From assembly GCA_046292385.1 (NCBI GenBank), contig JBKBRF010000016.1, positions 1 through 64,000 of the forward strand: a DNA stretch of 64,000 bases, given 5' to 3'. This DNA comes from Armatimonadota bacterium. GTDB taxonomy: Bacteria; Armatimonadota; SYMT01. The notes below the pieces were generated by a model, which did no database searches, was not told the origin of the DNA, and saw only the letters and a list, made by a program, of their open reading frames with translations. Made by a program: the position numbers and the translations under genes. This document shows, in pieces, positions 58,053 through 64,000 of this stretch; within the stretch, counting starts at the first letter, position 1, and the number at the start of each line of letters is the position of its first letter.

Positions 58053-59702
58053 CTAACGGGGTGGCGGCAGAGCGAAGACCAACTCGGGGGCCGAGCCGCC
58101 GAAGCCGGAGGCGAGGGTGGGGGTCTGGCCGCCGCGGGTGCGCTGGGGCACGTCGGCGGCCAGCCAGGCGCGGAGCTCTTCCAGGGTGACGAGGCGGTCG
58201 CCGTCCCGGTCGGCGCGGCCTCGCAGCCCTGACTCGAGCGAGCTGGCGAAGGCGCTGCCTTCCGGAAACCGGTAGGTCTTTTGCTCCGCCGTGGTGCCAG
58301 CCAGGAGCGCGAAGCGGCGGCCCGGGTCGACCCCTCCTACCGTGCCGAGGGCGGCGGCGTAGTCGGTGTCTGCGATCAGCACGATCTCCTGCGCGCGGAG
58401 CGCCCCCAGCCACGCCAGCAGGTCGGAGCCGTAGACGAGCGTCTCGACCGGGCGGTCCGGGTCGGCGTCGTGCGGCGCGAAGGCGTAGACCCGGGTCCCC
58501 CCGTCCGAGGGCAGCGACGCGGGAACGGCCGCGCCCGCCAGGTAGACGTAGACGGTGTCCTTTCCGGAGACGGCCCGGGACTGCAGCGCGCGGACCGCCT
58601 GCCGGATGCCGTCTCCGGTCGCCTCGGCGTCGGTCAGCACCAGCACGTGGTCGGCCGGGATGCCGGCCGCCGCGGCGAGAGCACCGACCGCTTCCCGTGC
58701 GTCGTCCGCCGCCCCGGGCGCGTTGAAAGCCAGGCTCTGGTACGCTCCCACGCCGATGGCGAGCAGCCACTTCCGCTCCGGCGGTGCCGGGATGAACCGG
58801 GCCGGGACGCTGCTCTCGGCTTCCGGCGAGCGCCAGAGGGCAGTGGCCGGTCCGGGCTCCACGGCTGGCGACGGCGCGCCGCTTCCCGGCTCCTCCCGCG
58901 GCGAGCTGCCGTACGGTCGATCGGGGGCGAGCTCTCCGGGGCTGTCCTGCGCTGTGCCGGGGAGGCTGCGCGGAGGCGGGCGGTTGCCCGGCGGGGACGC
59001 GGGAGTGAGATGGATCGGGGGCTCCCGCGCGACCTCCGGCGCCGGCTCGCTCCCGGCGCCCAGGCGGGAGATCGCGAGAGCGGCCAGGAGCACCAGGAGC
59101 GTCCCGGCCGCGGCGGCAGCGAGCCGGCCGCTGCCGGTGCGAAAACCGCGCAGGAAACGGGTGTCGATCCGGTAGCTCCGGGTCGGCCGCGGCGGATAGG
59201 CGTAGGCCGGGGTGTCGCCGAGTGCCTCCGGAACGCGGCCGAACCCTTCCACGTGCGAGCCGAGCCGCGCGTAGGCCAGGGCCGTCAGCAGCACCTCGTT
59301 CGGCCGCGCGGCCTGTCGCAGGTAGATCGCCGCGTCGCGAGTCACCGGCGCCGGAAACCCTCCGGAGGTCTCCCGCGGCACCGCCGGCGAGTCGATCCCG
59401 ATCCGGACCTGCAGCGCCTGGGAGACCACGTTCAGCTCCCGGTTGAAGTCACCGATCTCGTCGACGAGCGTCCGCGCTGCGGCGACCGCCTGCCGCGCCG
59501 TGGGGAACCAGGCAACCGCCGCATCGGCGGTCCAGTCGATCTCCTCGCCGCCGTGGCGGACCAGCCGCTCCTCCACCCAGCTTCGGTAGGCGTCGAAGGT
59601 GAGCTGCACGTCGAAGCTGCTGGCGCCGGTACAGGCGGCGCGAGATTGCACCGGCTCTACCGCCAGGACGGTGGTCCCCGTGCAAGTAGACTGCGACTCC
59701 AC
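58053..59702 (-). CDS. Degenerate class III nucleotide cyclase-like domain + TM + caspase-like (C14) domain
   Basis: TADAAVAWF..AVAAA..VRIGI; LAIGVGAY..DDA..LTDAEAT..VYVYLAG..IAD..GLRGRADRDGD. Confidence 0.75.
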   Translation of the reverse strand: MESQSTCTGTTVLAVEPVQSRAACTGASSFDVQLTFDAYRSWVEERLVRHGGEEIDWTADAAVAWFPTARQAVAAARTLVDEIGDFNRELNVVSQALQVRIGIDSPAVPRETSGGFPAPVTRDAAIYLRQAARPNEVLLTALAYARLGSHVEGFGRVPEALGDTPAYAYPPRPTRSYRIDTRFLRGFRTGSGRLAAAAAGTLLVLLAALAISRLGAGSEPAPEVAREPPIHLTPASPPGNRPPPRSLPGTAQDSPGELAPDRPYGSSPREEPGSGAPSPAVEPGPATALWRSPEAESSVPARFIPAPPERKWLLAIGVGAYQSLAFNAPGAADDAREAVGALAAAAGIPADHVLVLTDAEATGDGIRQAVRALQSRAVSGKDTVYVYLAGAAVPASLPSDGGTRVYAFAPHDADPDRPVETLVYGSDLLAWLGALRAQEIVLIADTDYAAALGTVGGVDPGRRFALLAGTTAEQKTYRFPEGSAFASSLESGLRGRADRDGDRLVTLEELRAWLAADVPQRTRGGQTPTLASGFGGSAPELVFALPPPR

Positions 59703-59704
59703 CG

Positions 59705-60943
59705 TCAGCTCTCCGCCGTCCGCGCCGGGATGGGGAATACGAGCGGCGCCCCCAGCAGCGGCACGAGACAGAGCCCCTGGAGGGTGAGGCCGACCCCGCT
59801 CTGCTCCGCGATCCAGCCGAGCGGCCAGGCGGCGATGTGCGCGAGGCCCCACGCCAGCCCGGTGATCATGCTGGCAGCGATCCCGGCGCTGCGCGGCATC
59901 AGCTCCTGGGCCAGCACCACGTTGCCCGGGTGCGGCAGCATCAGGATAAAGGCGCCTACCGCCAGCAGCGCAATCAGCGCGCCGCCCGGCACCTGGAACG
60001 CCAGCAGCATCGGCCACGGCGCGGCGAGGAACGACCACAGCATGAGCCGCTTGCGCCCGAAGCGGTCTGCCAGCAGCCCGCCCAGCGGTCCCGCCGCCGC
60101 GCTGGCCAGCAGGAATGCGGAGACACTCAAACTCTTGGCGGTGGTCCAGTCTTCTTGCGGGTAGAGGCTCTCCACCAGGAACGGCAGGAAGGTGATGATG
60201 CCGATCTGGACCGCGCTCCGGATCACGACGGTGCCGGTGAGCGCCGCCAGCGCCCGCGGGTTGCCGGGACCGGCGGCCGGGGAGACGGCGCGGGCGACCG
60301 GCCGCCCGTCCCCGTAGCCGCGCGTGTAGAACGAGTAGGCCATCGCCGCGGCGAAGAGGAGCGCCGGCAGCGACGCCAGGTAGAGGCGCTCCGGACCGAA
60401 GGTGGCGACGAAGAACTGTCCCATGATCGGCGCCAGCCCGAAGCCGACGTTGCCGCCGACGGTGAAGGCGCTCATCGCCAGGCTGCTGCCGCGCCCGGCG
60501 GCCCGCGCCAGGGTGGCGCCCTGGGGATGGAACGCGCCGATTCCGATGCCTGCCATGAACATCAGCGCGGCGAGCTCCCAGTAGCTGCGCGCGTGCCCTA
60601 CGAAGCCGATGAAGAGCGCGGCGACCACCGGCCCGAGTGCAACCATGCAAACGCGCGGCAGGCGGTCCGAAACCCAACCGAAGAGCGGCTGCGCCAGCGA
60701 GGCGGTAAGCCCCATCATCAGCGGCAGCGCGCCGATGTCGGCCTTGGTGAGCGAGAGCCGCCGCTCGATGTCCGGGAGCATCGGCGAGAGCAGGCTCTGG
60801 CCGTACATGTCGGTGACGGCGTGTCCCACCGCCAGCAGGCTCAGCCGGCCGCGGTCGACCGTGGCGGCGGTCTTGCCGTCCTGAAGCTGGGGCAGCGTCG
60901 GGGATTGGGAAACCGGCGCCTGTTCCGTGCTGAGCTGCTGCAT
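59705..60943 (-). CDS. MFS transporter (Fsr/fosmidomycin-resistance-like)
   Basis: HAVTDMY, QPLFGWVSDR, GAFHPQG, GGNVGF, GGLLADRFGRK. Confidence 0.88.
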   Translation of the reverse strand: MQQLSTEQAPVSQSPTLPQLQDGKTAATVDRGRLSLLAVGHAVTDMYGQSLLSPMLPDIERRLSLTKADIGALPLMMGLTASLAQPLFGWVSDRLPRVCMVALGPVVAALFIGFVGHARSYWELAALMFMAGIGIGAFHPQGATLARAAGRGSSLAMSAFTVGGNVGFGLAPIMGQFFVATFGPERLYLASLPALLFAAAMAYSFYTRGYGDGRPVARAVSPAAGPGNPRALAALTGTVVIRSAVQIGIITFLPFLVESLYPQEDWTTAKSLSVSAFLLASAAAGPLGGLLADRFGRKRLMLWSFLAAPWPMLLAFQVPGGALIALLAVGAFILMLPHPGNVVLAQELMPRSAGIAASMITGLAWGLAHIAAWPLGWIAEQSGVGLTLQGLCLVPLLGAPLVFPIPARTAES

Positions 60944-60965
60944 GTCGAGGAGGGGTTCGCCCCAG

Positions 60966-60999
60966 AAATGAAAGACGACGGACGGGACCCCGTCCGTCG
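60966..60999 (-). terminator. Intrinsic terminator-like hairpin
   Basis: CGACGGACGG..CCGTCCGTCG followed on the minus strand by TCTTTCATTT. Confidence 0.55.
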
Positions 61000-61092
61000 C
61001 CTCTGTCTAGTCTACCGTCTGCCCGTGCTGCTCGCCGCTCTGTCGCTGACCCGACCGGCGGGTTCCGCTTCCGAGCGGCGCCGGTACGCCAC

Positions 61093-63108
61093 TCAATTCT
61101 TCGGGGCCAGCCACTCCTCCAGCGCCCCGGCCTCCGCCGGGCCGTTCGAGAGCTCCAGCGCGCGGCTGCCTTCCAGCGCGTAGACCTCTCGCACCCAGGC
61201 GGTGGAGGGCGTCTCTCCCGCGTTGAAGAGGTAGAGCGGCTGCGGCGCGCTGAGCGCGAGGTAGGAGCGCATTCCGCCGTACCGCAGCGCCGCGGGCAGC
61301 GCCATCGGGTGGTTGACCGGCATGTCGGTGGTCCACTCGAACCCGGCGGTGTCGGCGGCGGTACGGCGGATCTTGCCGGCGAACGGCCGCGCCAGGAGCA
61401 CCAGCGGGCCCGCCTCGCCTACGCCGAGCAGGTTGACGCGGTCAATGCCACCGGCCAGCTCTTTCGCCTGCGCCTGCGCGTAGGCGACGCCGTTCAGCAC
61501 GTCCTGCACCCGCTGGGCCAGCACCGGCTTGTTGTAGGTGGTGTAGTACTGCGAAGACTGTCGCTGCCGCGCGGCCTCGGGCTGGCCGCCCAGGAAGGTA
61601 TCGAGCAGCAGGACGGCCTGTCCCCGCCCGATCAGCCCGGAGATCAGCGGCTTCAAGGTCGCGTCCTCCCGCGCCGCCTTCCAGCCGCCCGGGTGGACCA
61701 CCACCGTCACCGCCTTCAGCTTCTGCTCCACCGGCGCCAGCCAGAGCGCTTCCCGCACGCCGGACTCCCCCTCCCGTCCCAGGGTCATCACCACCCCGGA
61801 AGCGCCGCTGGGCGGCGACTGCGCCGGTCCCAGGTGGCTTGCCTTCACCGCGCCGGGCGCCGGCAGCTCGCACTGGAGAGCGGTGCGGAGGCCGGTCTCC
61901 AGCACTTCGCGGGAGCCGCGCCACTGCTCGCGCGAGCGCGGCGCCAGCGCCTGGACCTGCTCGTCGACCACGCCCCGCAAGAACCCCTTCAGCCGCGCCG
62001 GGTTCAGGGCGCGGTCCGGACGCGGGTGCTCCGCGCTCCAGGTGGAGATCGCCGTCTCCAGCTCCGGCACGAAGGTCGCCTCCTTCACCGGCTCCGGCTG
62101 CTTCTCGCCCCACAGGTGCTTGCGGAAGAAGGTGTAGACCGATTCGCGGCTCGCCTGGTTGTAGTTGTGGTCGGCCTTGTGCACTACCGCGTCGAGCCGG
62201 TCCTCCGCGCCGAAGAGCCGGTAGACCGCGCGGATCTCCGGCTCGCCCTTTTCCATGATCTGGCTGGTCCAGTCGCCCGTCGCGCCGATCAGGATCTGCG
62301 GCCGGGGCGCCACCATGGCGGCGAACTCCACGTTGTCGGTCCCGATCCGCAGCAGCGGCGCGTTCTCGCAGGAGCAGCCGCCCTGGAAGTGGTGCGAGAC
62401 CATGCAGACCGGTGCCGCCACGCGCACCCGTTCGTCCACCGCGGAGAGCAGAAAGGTCTGCGTGCCGCCGCCGCTCTCGCCGGTGCAGGCGACGCGGGCC
62501 GGATCGACCTCCGGCAGTGAGAGGAGCCAGTCGAGCGCGCGAATGCTGTTCCAGAGCTGCAGCCCCGGCAGGTTCATTCCGATGGCCGCCAGCTCCGGGT
62601 CCATGAAGGCGTGTCCGAACGCCGCCGAGTCGCCGTAGCCGACCATGTCGTACTGGAAGGCGATCGCGCCCATTCGCGCCTGTCCCGCGCAGCGGGCCTG
62701 CACGTCGGCATTGAAGCGGCCCTCGCCCCAGTGGCCGTGCGGGTTGAGGATGCCGGGCACCTTTCCGGTCACCGCGGCGGGCCGGTAGAGATTACCGGAT
62801 AGGAAGAAGCCGGGCAGCGTCTCCAGCACGACTTTCTCGACCGTGTAGCCTTCCCGCTCGATCTTGCCGTAAACGCGGGCGTTCAGCGGCGTCTTTGGCG
62901 GCAGCGGGTAGAGACCGCAGGAGACCAGGATCTGCTCCCGCAGCTCCTGACGCCGGGCGAGCCACTCTTTGCGGGTGGCAGGCGGCTTGAAGTCGCTCCC
63001 CTGCTGGTTCGTCCGCACCGGGCTCCCCGTGGATGGTGTTTGGAACGCCGCCGCACCCAAGGGGACCCCCGCGGCCAGAACTACAGAAAGAATTGCCAGC
63101 AAACGCAT
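61093..63108 (-). CDS. Secreted acetylxylan-esterase-like alpha/beta hydrolase
   Basis: Signal peptide, NPHGHW, DMVGYG, TGESGGGTQT, GGCSCEN, HNY. Confidence 0.85.
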   Translation of the reverse strand: MRLLAILSVVLAAGVPLGAAAFQTPSTGSPVRTNQQGSDFKPPATRKEWLARRQELREQILVSCGLYPLPPKTPLNARVYGKIEREGYTVEKVVLETLPGFFLSGNLYRPAAVTGKVPGILNPHGHWGEGRFNADVQARCAGQARMGAIAFQYDMVGYGDSAAFGHAFMDPELAAIGMNLPGLQLWNSIRALDWLLSLPEVDPARVACTGESGGGTQTFLLSAVDERVRVAAPVCMVSHHFQGGCSCENAPLLRIGTDNVEFAAMVAPRPQILIGATGDWTSQIMEKGEPEIRAVYRLFGAEDRLDAVVHKADHNYNQASRESVYTFFRKHLWGEKQPEPVKEATFVPELETAISTWSAEHPRPDRALNPARLKGFLRGVVDEQVQALAPRSREQWRGSREVLETGLRTALQCELPAPGAVKASHLGPAQSPPSGASGVVMTLGREGESGVREALWLAPVEQKLKAVTVVVHPGGWKAAREDATLKPLISGLIGRGQAVLLLDTFLGGQPEAARQRQSSQYYTTYNKPVLAQRVQDVLNGVAYAQAQAKELAGGIDRVNLLGVGEAGPLVLLARPFAGKIRRTAADTAGFEWTTDMPVNHPMALPAALRYGGMRSYLALSAPQPLYLFNAGETPSTAWVREVYALEGSRALELSNGPAEAGALEEWLAPKN

Positions 63109-63258
63109 GCCGTACCTCGCTACACTGTCTCTTGCACGCTCCAGCAGTTGGGTAGTGCAGCCGCGCGATTCCTCTCTTCCGAGGCCGCTTTAGCCGCGGT
63201 CATGGGAATGGTAGCAGTATCTTGGGAAGATCCTGAACCAGGCCGTTCGGAGGCGGAG

Positions 63259-63484
63259 CCGGAGGACGGCACTTGTGAACCCTCCTGGGCGCAGGGGGGT
63301 TCGCTCGAAGGGCCGGGAGGCAGCCCGTGAACCCCGCCTGTGTCGTGGTAGGTCGGACTGGCGCGGGCAGAGCCGAACGGCGTGCGCTCCCGGAGCGGCC
63401 TGCTAGCGCCGGAGGCGCGTGAAAAGGCTGCGGAGGGCCTCCGTCGCGGGAGGGCTGCCTCCCGGCACAAGGGCGCGGGGTCGG
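63259..63484 (+). repeat. ~230-nt structured dispersed repeat, copy D
   Basis: Closest to copy C: CGTCGCGGGAGGGCTGCCTCCCGGCACAAGGGC shared. Confidence 0.88.
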
Positions 63485-63531
63485 ACCCACGGGACGATGC
63501 TCCCGTGCCGAGAGCGGAGTAAACGGAACAG

Positions 63532-64000
63532 ATGGAGATTCGTGGAAGAACCGCCCTGGTCACCGGCGGCGCCGTGCGGGTAGGGAAGGCGATTGCGCTG
63601 GAGCTGGCGCGCCGTGGGATGCACGTGGGGATCACCTACCGCAGCTCCGCGGCGGAAGCGGAGAGCACCGTCGAAGAGCTGCGCGCGCTGGGCGTTCAGG
63701 CGCATGCGGAGCGGTGCGAGCTCCGCAGCCCGGAAGAGATCGAGCGCGCGGTCCGCGGGATCGAGGCCGCGCTGGGACCGGTCGACGTGCTGGTGAACAG
63801 CGCCTCCATGTTCGAGCGGACTCCCCTCGCGGAGGCGTCGCTCGACGATTGGGACGCGCACCTGGAGACGAACCTCCGCGCCCCGTGGCTGCTCGCCAGG
63901 GCGGTCGGCCCCGGCATGGCGGCCCGCGGGGAGGGGGTGATCGTGAATATTCTCGACGTGGCGGCGGAGCGGCCGTTCAAAGACTACACCCCCTACTCCG
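63532..64000 (+). CDS. SDR oxidoreductase, pteridine reductase/FolM-like (runs off the window end)
   Basis: MEIRGRTALVTGGAVRVG..VLVNSAS..NLRAP; no stop before 64000. Confidence 0.88.
   Translation, partial: MEIRGRTALVTGGAVRVGKAIALELARRGMHVGITYRSSAAEAESTVEELRALGVQAHAERCELRSPEEIERAVRGIEAALGPVDVLVNSASMFERTPLAEASLDDWDAHLETNLRAPWLLARAVGPGMAARGEGVIVNILDVAAERPFKDYTPYS

Overview
GC-rich bacterial chromosomal window; the gene style suggests an Armatimonadota-like organism (inference only). It holds mostly housekeeping and envelope genes: acetamidase, MoeB/ThiF-like enzyme, Mo-oxidoreductase with a PepSY partner, selB, a VapBC-type TA pair, mlaEFD, rplI, M48 peptidase, sugar kinases, tRNA nucleotidyltransferase, ftsY, an orphan DNA methyltransferase, a DUF4178/DUF350/aminopropyltransferase operon, a CusRS-like two-component system, an ars operon, several secreted hydrolases and many REP-like intergenic repeats. 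The main find is a gene that the ORF track cuts short: a predicted HMA-fold lipoprotein (37689-38120, minus strand) whose metal-binding motif reads GMT-UGA-PAG-UGA. Both cysteine positions are probably selenocysteine, and a SECIS-like hairpin follows. It lies behind a paralog lacking the Cys motif and a heavy-metal-type two-component system, and selB is in the same window. Other notable items are an unannotated 59-aa membrane peptide ending GGGPGSGK in the aminopropyltransferase operon, a four-copy ~230-nt covarying structured repeat, a TA module flanked by a duplicated selB 3' end, an RNase Z-like/CoaD fusion, a pseudo-cyclase/pseudo-caspase protein and a likely LexA-controlled orphan gene. 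All family assignments come from recognising motifs by eye; no database searches were run.
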